Below, piece after piece: positions 6,675-15,800 of a stretch of DNA of 42,277 bases. Location: IMG/VR virus record IMGVR_UViG_3300045988_169545. The stretch is one strand, 5' to 3'. Every line of letters begins with the position of its first letter. Position 1 is the stretch's first letter. The DNA is from a virus. A model generated the notes under the pieces. The model had not been told where the DNA came from. It searched no databases and worked only from the letters and a program-made list of their open reading frames with translations. Both the position numbers and the translations under genes were made by a program.

Positions 6675-7103
6675 CTACGACAGCTTGCCAATCCAGACAA
6701 GCTGGTAGTCGAAGTGGAGGCCGATTGATGACTCTGCGTCGGGCCATGCAACGATCTCTACGGAATCGTAGGTTGTCTTGTTGATATAGGCGTCCTTAGC
6801 TGACCAACCTCCCGTGCGCCTGGCAATCCCGGCATAAAGACACGACTCGACCCGTCTCGGCAATTCGATGGTCTTTATATTTTCGCCCGCTTTGAGCAGC
6901 GTAAACGAGTCCCAAAAAGTGAAGATTGCGCAGTTGTCGGGCAGTTGCAGCATGCTCCAGTGGCCCCCTAGATCGACGGGGGCTACCGAATCCCACGCGT
7001 CGTTCGCGGCGGCGATTCCGTCCTCCATATGGTTGAGCCTGTCGGCCGTCAGGGTGGTTCCGCCAGACACCAAGTCACGCCAGATTTGCTTAAGGTAACT
7101 CAT
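6675..7103 (-). CDS. Tail-tip / putative receptor-binding protein (142 aa) with a 37-aa constant N-terminus and an invertible variable C-terminal cassette (currently cassette D).
   Basis: Last gene of the tail-fibre module, with its ATG overlapping the upstream stop (ATGA). It contains inverted site 5 at the junction between the N-terminal part and the remaining 105 aa. Confidence 0.65.
   Translation of the reverse strand: MSYLKQIWRDLVSGGTTLTADRLNHMEDGIAAANDAWDSVAPVDLGGHWSMLQLPDNCAIFTFWDSFTLLKAGENIKTIELPRRVESCLYAGIARRTGGWSAKDAYINKTTYDSVEIVAWPDAESSIGLHFDYQLVWIGKLS
6977..6999 (-). repeat. Inversion site 5 inside the expressed tail gene, in inverted orientation to sites 1-4 (reverse strand reads GCGTGGGATTCGGTAGCCCCCGT).
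   Basis: The reverse complement of 6977..6999 shares the 12-bp core ATTCGGTAGCCC with sites 2 and 3 and 18/19 bp with site 1. It lies at codons ...A-W-D-S-V-A-P-V..., 37 codons into the gene. Confidence 0.65.
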
Positions 7104-7240
7104 GCTATCTCCTCCTTGATCGCCGCGCGCTCCTCGTCGGTGAGCTTGGTGTAGGACGCCAGCACGGCGTCCACCTCCTCGCCCCTCGCGACCCGGATGG
7201 CCGCGGCCTTAGCGATGATGGTCAGCTGGATCTTCGTCAT
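7100..7240 (-). CDS. Small XkdX-like tail-fibre-associated protein, 46 aa (MTKIQLTIIAKAAAIRVARGEEVDAVLASYTKLTDEERAAIKEEIA).
   Basis: ATG at 7240 and stop overlapping the downstream ATG (ATGA). Its size, position next to the fibre genes and the ...LT.EE...I.. pattern resemble XkdX-family proteins. Confidence 0.4.
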   Translation of the reverse strand: MTKIQLTIIAKAAAIRVARGEEVDAVLASYTKLTDEERAAIKEEIA

Positions 7241-7244
7241 TGCC

Positions 7245-7706
7245 TCACGCCCCAATCACGTCGGCGAGCACGAGCACGATCTCGCTGGTGGTCTCCTCGA
7301 CCGAGCCGAGCCGCGCGGGCGCGCCCGCCATGAACTCCTCGCGCTCGGCTGCCTTGCGCGCCTCCTCGGCCGCACGCTCCTCGGCCTCCTTGCGCGCCTG
7401 CTCCTGTGCGAGCCTCTCGGCCTCCATGGCGGCCAGCTCGTCGGAGGTGTAGGGCGTGTAGACCATGCAGTCCTCGTACTCGTCCCATGCGGGGACGGGA
7501 GGGCTGTACTCCTGCACCACGACCGTTTGCAGGTCCTTGCCCCCGTTGGGGTAGACCTTGATCGGGTTGTCGTAGTCGATCTCCTCGATGCGCTCCCTCT
7601 CCGGCACCGCGTCGTGGTGTGCGACGAGCCTTTTCGCCGGCTCCAAGCGGCCGAGCGCCGGATCGGGGTTGTCGACCTCGTTCCATTCGGCATCGTACGT
7701 TCTCAT
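7245..7706 (-). CDS. Hypothetical tail-module protein, 153 aa, with an Ala/Glu/Arg-rich coiled-coil segment.
   Basis: ATG at 7706 with a GGAGAGGG Shine-Dalgarno sequence. The first 230 aa of the computed 383-aa ORF are Arg/Gly-rich alternate-frame noise. Confidence 0.5.
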   Translation of the reverse strand: MRTYDAEWNEVDNPDPALGRLEPAKRLVAHHDAVPERERIEEIDYDNPIKVYPNGGKDLQTVVVQEYSPPVPAWDEYEDCMVYTPYTSDELAAMEAERLAQEQARKEAEERAAEEARKAAEREEFMAGAPARLGSVEETTSEIVLVLADVIGA

Positions 7707-8431
7707 CAGCTCACCCTCTCCCATATCTTGTAGCCCATGAACAAATACGTGTCCGTCCGCTTCGTCCAGCTCCCGCCGAACTTCTCCGCGGGGGACTCGC
7801 CGCCCTTCGTGATGTAGATGCTGTCCTTCGGCCGGTAGTCGGTGGCGGCGCCCGTCGGGGGCACCTGCCACGCCCCGTCGCTTCTCAAGTAGCGGTTGGC
7901 CGTTCCCGCGGCAGGGGCCGGCACCAGCCCGGCCTTGCCGGCGGCCGACGCGGTGGCCCCAGTCATGGCCGAGTAGGTGGTGTTCTTGTCCGTTTCCCAT
8001 GCTCCCCACGCCGTCGCCGACGTCCCGACGCGCCAGTAGACCTTGCCGGCGACGAGGCCGATCTGCTTCGGGTAGCCCCCGGAAGAGTCCGTCCAGGGAA
8101 CCACCGTGGTGACGGCCGCATACGTCTCGCCCGAGAGCCCGACCACGCTCGCCTGCTTGAACTCGATGACGGAGCGTTTCGGATGGTTCTTCATATACCA
8201 CTCGGGCGTGTTGTTCGCGCTTCGGGTGTCGGGCACCGAGACGGCGTTGGCGAGCGTCGCCGCACCGCCCGCGCTGGCAGACCCGGCGTAGCTGTGGGTG
8301 TGGGACGAAGGCGCGAAGGTCGACGGCTTGCCCGTCACCTCGCCCCATGCGTGGGCGTGGGACTTCGCCGCGAACACGTCCTTGCACCTCGCCCACAGCC
8401 TCGCGACGCCGGAGTTGTCCAGGAACCCCAT
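7706..8431 (-). CDS. Tail fibre protein paralog 1, 241 aa.
   Basis: HxH/SHTHS-type tail-fibre repeat motifs. The N-terminus MGFLDNSGVARLWARCKD and the C-terminus ...SPAEKFGGSWTKRTDTYLFMGYKIWERVS are shared with the gene at 9418..10059. Confidence 0.75.
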   Translation of the reverse strand: MGFLDNSGVARLWARCKDVFAAKSHAHAWGEVTGKPSTFAPSSHTHSYAGSASAGGAATLANAVSVPDTRSANNTPEWYMKNHPKRSVIEFKQASVVGLSGETYAAVTTVVPWTDSSGGYPKQIGLVAGKVYWRVGTSATAWGAWETDKNTTYSAMTGATASAAGKAGLVPAPAAGTANRYLRSDGAWQVPPTGAATDYRPKDSIYITKGGESPAEKFGGSWTKRTDTYLFMGYKIWERVS

Positions 8432-8435
8432 TGCC

Positions 8436-9416
8436 CTACACCAGGATCGCGTCGAGCTCGGCGGCGGTCATGGCCTGGATGTTGTTCTGCACGACCGAGA
8501 AGTGCGAGGCCGCGTAAGCGCTGCCCTTGTCGGTGTTCGCGAACACCATGTCGCCCGGCTCGCACGGCTGCCCGACGTAGGTTCCCGCAGCGCCGACAAC
8601 CCAGTACCAGCCCTTCTTGTAGGCGGAATCGCTTATCGCGGCGTTCGACGACACGGTCCCCTGGAAGATGGCGTGGCCGACGGCGGAGGCCGTCACCGCC
8701 GATTGGACGAAGGCGGTAGTCGCGATCTGGGTCGTGCTCGTACCGGCCGCGGCGGTCGGCGCCTTGGGCGTGCCGGTCAGCGTGGGGGATGCCGCGGGAG
8801 CCTTCGCGTTCCACGCGGCCTTCTCCGTGTCGGTGGCGAACCGGTGCGTGGCGTCCTGGGTTATCATCGTCGCCGCATGCGAAGATGGGTGCGTGTAGTT
8901 GTTGGCGCCTGACGCCACCCCATCGAGCTTCTTCTTGTCTGCGGCCGCCATAAGGCCGGCCGCAGACTGGGTGGCCGAGGAATAGGTGGTGTCCTTCGCC
9001 GCAACCGTCAGCTTGTCGTTCGCGGCGTCGGCGGTGATCGTCACGTTGGTCCCCGCGACGATCGTCAGCGTGTCGGTGGCGGAGTCGGCCGCGACGTCCA
9101 CCGAGCCGACCGCCACGTGGGAAAAAGCGTTCTGGTTGGCGTAGGTGGGATGCGAATGCGAGGAGGCCGCCTTGCCGTCGAGGGCCGCCTTCACCACCTT
9201 GTTCTGCACCGGGTTCTCGCTCGTTGCCGACAGGGCAGAGTCGACGTCCACCTTCGCCGCCTCCGGGTCTATCCCGTCGAGCTTGGCCTTGTCCTCGGCG
9301 CTCATGTAGCCCGGAGCGCTCGCGGACGCCGACGAGTGCGTGTGGCCTCGCGGCGAGAAGAACTCCTCGATACGGCTCCACAGCTTCGAGAGCGCGTCAT
9401 TGTTTACAGCTGGCAT
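8436..9416 (-). CDS. Tail fibre protein paralog 2, 326 aa.
   Basis: N-terminus MPAVNNDALSKLWSRIEEFF. SHSH and HPSSH motifs. It shares the block SATSENPVQNKVVKAALDGK with paralog 3. Confidence 0.75.
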   Translation of the reverse strand: MPAVNNDALSKLWSRIEEFFSPRGHTHSSASASAPGYMSAEDKAKLDGIDPEAAKVDVDSALSATSENPVQNKVVKAALDGKAASSHSHPTYANQNAFSHVAVGSVDVAADSATDTLTIVAGTNVTITADAANDKLTVAAKDTTYSSATQSAAGLMAAADKKKLDGVASGANNYTHPSSHAATMITQDATHRFATDTEKAAWNAKAPAASPTLTGTPKAPTAAAGTSTTQIATTAFVQSAVTASAVGHAIFQGTVSSNAAISDSAYKKGWYWVVGAAGTYVGQPCEPGDMVFANTDKGSAYAASHFSVVQNNIQAMTAAELDAILV

Positions 9417-9417
9417 G

Positions 9418-10059
9418 CTACCCCACCCTCTTCCAAATGCAACAGCCCATGAACAAATACGTGTCCGTCCGCTTCGTCCAGCTCCCGCCGAACTTCTCCG
9501 CGGGGGACACCCCCGGGTCCATGAGCGCCCACTTCCCCACCGGCTCGCCCTCGTAGGCGGCCTCCTCGGAGCCGGACGGCGCGGGGCAGGCCGCCTCTAT
9601 CTCCGCATCCGTCATCCCCTTTACCGCAGCCGTGATAGACGCGTTGGCCGAGCCGTCGAAGGTCGCCGAGCCCGTGACGTCGCCGGAGAGCGACAGCGTG
9701 CGCGCGGTCGCGAGCTTCGAGGCGGCCGCCGCGGTGCCTCCCGTGGCCAGCTTGCCGTCGAGGGCGGCCTTCACGGCCTTGTTCTGCACGGGGTTGGCAG
9801 ACGTTGCCGACAGGGAGGCGTCCACCGTGGTCTTGTTCGCGCCATCGGCGATGCCCTGCAGCTTGGCCTTGTCGGCAGCGCTCATCGCGCCGGGCGAGCT
9901 CGTGGTCGCATCCGGTATGGTGACCTGCGAGAGGATGACCGGGGTGTCGGCCTTGTTCTCAAGCGTGATGGTCGTTCCGCTCACCTTGAGGCGCGCCCCG
10001 AACGTCGCCTTGGCCTTGGCCCAGAGAGCCGCAACGCCTATCTGGTCGAGAAAACTCAT
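9418..10059 (-). CDS. Tail fibre protein paralog 3, 213 aa.
   Basis: N-terminus MSFLDQIGVAALWAKAKA. Its C-terminal 22 aa are near-identical to paralog 1 (the 64-bp DNA repeat 9444..9507 = 7733..7796). Confidence 0.75.
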   Translation of the reverse strand: MSFLDQIGVAALWAKAKATFGARLKVSGTTITLENKADTPVILSQVTIPDATTSSPGAMSAADKAKLQGIADGANKTTVDASLSATSANPVQNKAVKAALDGKLATGGTAAAASKLATARTLSLSGDVTGSATFDGSANASITAAVKGMTDAEIEAACPAPSGSEEAAYEGEPVGKWALMDPGVSPAEKFGGSWTKRTDTYLFMGCCIWKRVG

Positions 10060-10068
10060 AGCACCTCC

Positions 10069-10455
10069 TTAGAGCGCTTCGATAAAGGCGAGCGGTATGG
10101 TGTCGGCCCGCACGCCGTCTATCGTCTGCATGGTCACGTCCGCGCTTATCACGCGGTCCTCGATGGTTATGCCCTCGCCCGCCTCGTAGGAGACGCCGGC
10201 CTGCGACAGCTCGTGCTCGAGGCGCGCCGCGTCCTTGGCGGCGAAGGCTACGCAGTTCGCGCCGTCGGCCACGTAGCACACCGTGTCGCCGACCTCGCAG
10301 TAGACGTAGGTCGAGGCGTATACGGTGCCTCCCGCCTTGGCGGCGATGACGAGGGTCGAGCCCTCGATCCCCACCACCTCGCCGAACCGCAGGCGGAAGG
10401 ACGATCCCTCTTCCTTGCCCACCAACGGCAGTATGTCATCGAGCATCAGCTTCAC
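10069..10455 (-). CDS. Hypothetical tail/baseplate-associated protein, 128 aa.
   Basis: Sits between the distal tail proteins and the fibres. ATGA overlap with the upstream gene. Confidence 0.5.
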   Translation of the reverse strand: MKLMLDDILPLVGKEEGSSFRLRFGEVVGIEGSTLVIAAKAGGTVYASTYVYCEVGDTVCYVADGANCVAFAAKDAARLEHELSQAGVSYEAGEGITIEDRVISADVTMQTIDGVRADTIPLAFIEAL

Positions 10456-11483
10456 AAATACCTCCTCGCCCTCACGTCCATGGCCAGGGTTCTAAGGTCG
10501 ATCTCCATCGACTGCACCGTGTACACCCCGTCGGCAGAGCCCTTGCGCACGGCCACCGGGCCGAACAGGCGAAGCGGGGCGAAGGCGCAGCGCACCCTCA
10601 CCGCCTCCAGGCGCGAGCGCTCCTCGGAGAGCAGGGCCGCGACCTTGGCTTGCAGCACGTCCTGCGACTCGATGTCGTTCAACCGCTCGACGCGGCACAC
10701 CTCGCCCCGCGCCACGGTGGACGTGGGGTCGGCCGGGCTGTCGTTGACGGCGACCGCGCGCATCACCGTCTCGTCCGGGCCGTCCACCACGCCTATGACC
10801 ACGTTGCAGATGCCGGCCCAGTCGCGCTCCACCGCGCTCTCGTCCTCGATGGTCGAGCGAGGCCCCGGTGCGAGCTCGACGGGCGCCCAGGAGGGCGTAG
10901 GGGCGGAGCGGCGCAGCACCACGCGCCCCAGCTCGTCGGTGTCCGCCGAGAGGTACCCCGCCCCGCTCAAAAGGTCGTTCGCGATATCGAGCTTCGAGAA
11001 GTCCTCGGGAAAGTACGTCTTGCTCGTCCGCACGGGGTGGGACTCGTCGGGCCGATAGGCAAGGGTGAGCCCGACGCTTCCCAGCACGTCGGCCACGGCG
11101 TCCAGCGCGTCGGTGCCGGCCCTCACGGAGTAGGGCTGCCAGTACCGCGCGTCGGCGGCGATCTTGGCAAGGCCGTAGGCCTCGACGTCGCAGCTCGACA
11201 GGCCGCCCCGCTCGCCCGTCTCGCCGTAGTAGCACTTGAGGGTCGCAAGCGGCACCTCCTCGCGCTCCCGCCCGTCATCGAACTCGCACGACAGGCGCAC
11301 CACGTCGCCCGATGAGATGCCGCCCCCCTTATGCGTCCAGCTTGCCTGCGCCTTGACGGAGGCCGAGGCGGAGAGCGACAGCGTGCCGCCATCCGCCGTC
11401 CAGGGGATGTCGGCGACCGGGAAGAGGCCCGGGAACGACAGCCTGCGCAGCACGACGCGCTTTCGCGCCGATGCGTAGTCCAT
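10452..11483 (-). CDS. Phage tail protein (baseplate / tail-associated), 343 aa.
   Basis: Second gene after the tape measure. The alternate-frame ORFs across this region are Arg-rich noise. Confidence 0.55.
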   Translation of the reverse strand: MDYASARKRVVLRRLSFPGLFPVADIPWTADGGTLSLSASASVKAQASWTHKGGGISSGDVVRLSCEFDDGREREEVPLATLKCYYGETGERGGLSSCDVEAYGLAKIAADARYWQPYSVRAGTDALDAVADVLGSVGLTLAYRPDESHPVRTSKTYFPEDFSKLDIANDLLSGAGYLSADTDELGRVVLRRSAPTPSWAPVELAPGPRSTIEDESAVERDWAGICNVVIGVVDGPDETVMRAVAVNDSPADPTSTVARGEVCRVERLNDIESQDVLQAKVAALLSEERSRLEAVRVRCAFAPLRLFGPVAVRKGSADGVYTVQSMEIDLRTLAMDVRARRYL

Positions 11484-11487
11484 CCGA

Positions 11488-12810
11488 TCACCCCCTCTGC
11501 ACGCCTGGGTACAGGTTCGGTCCGGGGTAGACGTCCGGGCCGGGGTAGAGCATCCGATCCACGTACACCGGCGAGTCGTAGAGCAGCCCGTAGGGGCTGC
11601 CGTCCACCACCGTCATGGAAAGCTCGACCTCTCCGGCGAGCGCTTTGCCCCTCGCCCTCGCCCACCTGACGGAGTCCACGACCACCCGCCATATGCCGCC
11701 CTTGCCCGAGCGGTAGACAGCCTCAATCCCGCGCAGCTCGTCCTGCAGCTCGCCGAGGTCCAAGGGCTCCATGGCGACGGCCGAGGCCGATATCGCCACG
11801 TCCATCGCGACGAAGGCCCGCACGGGGTTCGCCCGCCCGGCGTAGCGCACCATCTCCGAGTCGCCGGCCATGGAGGCCGACTCCTCCGGGTTGTAGCGCA
11901 GCTCCAGGCGCTTGCGCTCCCCTCCCGCTATGTAGTCGAGGTAGGAGCAGGGGAAGCGGCCTATCTGCACCGGCACCTCGTCCGCCCTGCCGACGCGCCC
12001 GCTCCCGAGCGTCACGGCGCAGTAGCGCGACGCGGCGTCGGGCAGGTCGAACATGAGCGAGCCCGTCTTGGTCCAGGCCGCCCTCTCGCCTCCGCCCTTG
12101 CCGATGGCGAACAGCTCGAACGGTGCGCTCGACTCGACCAGCAGGCGCCCGTCGTCCACCGAGGCGGACACTTCCGGCGCCTCCACCGACCCGTCGATTG
12201 CCACGTCGAACGCAAGCTCCGCGGAAGCCCCGGAGGTGGACTCGACGCGCAGGGTGCAGGACAGCGCGTCCAGCGTCCCGCCGAAGTCGGCACCGAAGCC
12301 GACCTTCTCGCCCGTCAGCTCGATCATCGGCTCGGAGGAGTACCCTGCTACGGAAACCTCGCCCATCAGCCGCGAGCCCCTGATCGCAAGCTCGTAGCGG
12401 CATTGCCACCAGCCGGGGAAGTCCCCGTAGTCCCAGGCGATGATGTGCGGGAAGCCGGTTATGATCCCCGACCCCTCGACAAGCGACACCTCGGGAGGCC
12501 CGCAGGTGGCCGCGTCGTAGCGCGTCTCCGACCACTCCCCGGCCTCGCGCGTGGACGCGACGACGGTCAGCCTGTCGCCGACCTCCCAGCCCGGATCGAG
12601 CTGCTGGATGTCGGCGAGGCGGACGGTGCCGGAGAACCCCTCCCCGTCAACCTCGGCCGAGGCGGCGGCGCACGATGCGGATGCCGTGCGCACGCCCACC
12701 GTGCATGCCTCCATGGGGGCGCCGGTGCCCGAGTTGTACCGGGCCTTGATCTCCAGCGCCCCGCCGCGGAACACCGCCACGGGCACGGGCGCCAGGAGCG
12801 TAGGCTGCAC
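11488..12810 (-). CDS. Distal tail protein-like, 440 aa.
   Basis: Immediately downstream of the tape measure with a 1-nt overlap. Coding-like amino-acid usage. Confidence 0.55.
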   Translation of the reverse strand: MQPTLLAPVPVAVFRGGALEIKARYNSGTGAPMEACTVGVRTASASCAAASAEVDGEGFSGTVRLADIQQLDPGWEVGDRLTVVASTREAGEWSETRYDAATCGPPEVSLVEGSGIITGFPHIIAWDYGDFPGWWQCRYELAIRGSRLMGEVSVAGYSSEPMIELTGEKVGFGADFGGTLDALSCTLRVESTSGASAELAFDVAIDGSVEAPEVSASVDDGRLLVESSAPFELFAIGKGGGERAAWTKTGSLMFDLPDAASRYCAVTLGSGRVGRADEVPVQIGRFPCSYLDYIAGGERKRLELRYNPEESASMAGDSEMVRYAGRANPVRAFVAMDVAISASAVAMEPLDLGELQDELRGIEAVYRSGKGGIWRVVVDSVRWARARGKALAGEVELSMTVVDGSPYGLLYDSPVYVDRMLYPGPDVYPGPNLYPGVQRG

Positions 12811-15800
12811 TATGCCACCCCCTTCGCTCGCTTGAAGTACCTGAACACTGTCTCCATCGCGCGCTCAACCTCCGGCTCACCCGTCACGTTGACGCCATCG
12901 ATGGTGTAGTAGTTATTGACAGCGCGGTCACCGATCCCCGCCATCTGCTCGGCGAGGGTCTTTGCGAACGGGAGCGAGTAGCGCTTGTTGGTGAGCGGCA
13001 CGATGGCCTCGGCGCCGTCCTCGCCCACGATGTCGAGGGGCACGGCGCGCGTTGCGATGGCGCCCGCCCCGTGGAAGCGGTAGCCTCCCTGGGCGTTCAG
13101 GCGGATGCCGCCGGCGGCGTTCCGGGAGCCACCCGTGAAGAACTCGGTGATCGTCTTGGTTATGTTGATGACGCCCTCCCCGACCCAGCTTGCAAGGCCG
13201 TTGCGGTTCCACTCCGCCTTCTGGCCGTTGGCGTAGGCCATGTTCCCGTTGACCGTACCGCTCCCGGTCTGGTCCTCAAGGTCGGAGTAGTTCCATCTGT
13301 CGAGGTGCTGCTGCGCAGCCGGTACCCCGTCCTTGACGAACGCGTTGCCGTACTGGTCTACGAGGCTCGAACCGTTCCACAGGTAAAGGTTGCCCTGCGC
13401 ATCCACAAGGCTCGTGCCGTCGATGGCGGCGGTTCCGTCCTTGTCGACCAGCTCGGAGCCGTTCCATGTGTACAGCTTGCCCTGCGCATCCACCAGGCTC
13501 GCGTGCTCGACGTCGACGTTGCCTTCCTTGTCGACCACCGGCGTGCTGTTGTAGAGGCGCACCATGCCTATGAGGGCGTTGATGTCCCCGCCGCAGCTCT
13601 CCGCCATGGCAGCGAAGTCCTCGCTGCTGATGCGCGCGAGGTCATCTGCCGTGACGCCCGCGTCGGAGAGGTCGGACGAGAGCGTGCGCAAATCAGACCC
13701 CATGCCCTCGACGGCGGCCCTCGCGCCGTCGCCCATGTCATCGAGCGCCGACTTCACGGCGTCGGCCGCAGCTGCGGTGGCCGCCGCGTTCTCGTCCATA
13801 CCCACGCCGATCTCCTTGAGCGCCGACACGACGGACGACCTCGTCCCATCGTACGAGTCGGCGATGCGCAGCAGGTCGGCCTCCGATTTGTTGCCAAGAT
13901 CATCGGTGCTCGCACCGAGATCCCGCAGGTCGTCCTTCAGCTCCGCCAAGGACGTGCCGCTCTCCTTAAGCGCCGACTGGAAGAGCGATGACGTGCTGTT
14001 CCCCCACTGGTCGAGGGCATCGGCCGCCTCGGACGTCGCCTTGGAGAGGTCGCCCATCTCGCTCTCGATCTCCTTAAGGCCGGCCTTCGCCTCGTCGTAC
14101 ATCCCCTGGGAGCTGACCATGTCCTTGTACGACTCCCACGTCCTCGAGTTGTCGTCGAGCCATGCCCTCGCGTCGGATTCGGACGTCCCGTGGTACTCCA
14201 TCTCGTCTTTGAGCGCCTGGTCGTACTCGCTCTTGAATTTCTTCCGGGCTGCGGCGTACGTGTCGGCGGCGTCCTGGTAACCCGCCGACAGGGCGTCATA
14301 GCTTGAGGAGAGCTGGTTCATCTTGATTTCGTTCTTCTTCGCCTCGACAAGGTCGTTGATGGAGTCCTTGAGGTTCATGGTGGCGCCGTTGGCGTCCTCG
14401 TACGCACCTCGCGCAGCATCGGCTGCCGTGAGCGTGAGGCCGAACTGGTCGTTGACGAGCTTCAGCGCCCATTCCAGGCGCCCTTGAGCGTCAGCTGACA
14501 GGTCGGTCTTGCCCGTGTAGGAGTCGATGATGCCCTGCGCGGTGTTCAGCTGGGCGATCTGCGCCTCCGCCTGCTCGTTCTCCTCGTTGATCCTGTCGAC
14601 GTTCTTGGCCATCGACTCGGCCAGCTCGTCGACGCTCATCGCGGTCGATCCCGCCTTCTCGCCGACGTTGGAAAGCCTCCCCGCGTAGTCGTCGAGCGAC
14701 GTCGCCCTCGACACGGCGTCCGAGAGACCCGTCGTCGCCTTCGTCAGGTTGTCGCTCTTCCTCTTGGCGTCGAGGTAGGCCGACACGGCGACGCCCAGCA
14801 CGGCGGACACGGCGGTCACGCCGAGCGACACCGGCGAAAACGACGTGCCCAGCAGCCTGTTCGCCCCATCGAGGAGCGACGACGCCTTGCGGGCCTCCTT
14901 CGCCTTCGACGCGAAGCCCGCGAGGCCGGTACCGGCGACCTTGAAGGCCGCGAACGACGCGGCCGCCGTCAGGACCTGCGGGGCTATGCCCTTGACGGAC
15001 CCGTAGAACGACTCCACCGCGGGCATTGCCTTCGACACCCCGCTGTTCACCGCGCCGAAGAACTCGTTTATCCCGCCCTTGGCATCGTCGAACGCGCCCG
15101 ATATGTTCTCGCGCCCTATTGCCTCGAGCGTGCCGGCGAGGCCCTTCGTGACGGCGTTGCCCATGTTCGCGGCCGCCGTCTGCACGCCCCCTGCGGCGGT
15201 CTCCGCCTGCTCGCGGAAGCTCGCGAAGCCCTCGCCGCCTTGCGTGTCGAGGCGGATGATGGCGTCGAGCAGGTCGTCCATGGAGATAGTCGGATCGTTG
15301 CCCTTGCCGCCGCCGAGCGCAGCATAGAGGTCGTTCGCGCTCGCGGTGGGGCCGAGCATGCTCTTCGCGAGCTGGTCCATCTGCCCCGGCGCCGCCGTCA
15401 CGAGGCTGCGCCAGTCCTGCATCTCGGGCTTGCCCTTGGAGAGGATCTGACGGAACTGCTCCATGGCGGCGTTGACGAGCTGCTGGCTCGACCCGGACGC
15501 GATGAGCATGTCGTTGAGCGCGAGGCCCGCGTCGGTCGCCCTCGGCAGGTCGCGCGTGATGGCCACGAGGCCGGAGACCGTCCCCGTCATCGTGTCGAGC
15601 GTGGTTGGGAGGTTCTGCAGCCGGTCGCTCATCTTGGCGATCGACGCCTCGGAGTCCTTCGCGCTGTACCCGAGCGACTGCATCACCTTGGGGTAGTTGT
15701 TGAGCGTGTCGAAGCGGCTGACCGCCGCGCCGACATGGCTCGCGATGGCGTCCATGGCCTTGGCCGTGACGGCCGAGAAGGCGCCTATGACGGCGCCTGA

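Noticed and set aside
4832-7103. Diversity-generating retroelement as an explanation for the variable tail-protein C-terminus.
   Set aside because: No reverse transcriptase gene or template/variable repeat pair with adenine-specific differences exists in the window. Variation here is by exchange of discrete cassettes at conserved sites.
7619-11058. Long + strand ORFs (7619..8719, 8298..8912, 9340..11058) and Arg-rich minus-strand ORFs (8335..9381, 10492..11235, 11723..12535).
   Set aside because: All are antisense or alternate-frame to the well-supported tail-fibre/tail genes and have extreme Arg/Gly/Pro content. They are spurious high-GC ORFs.
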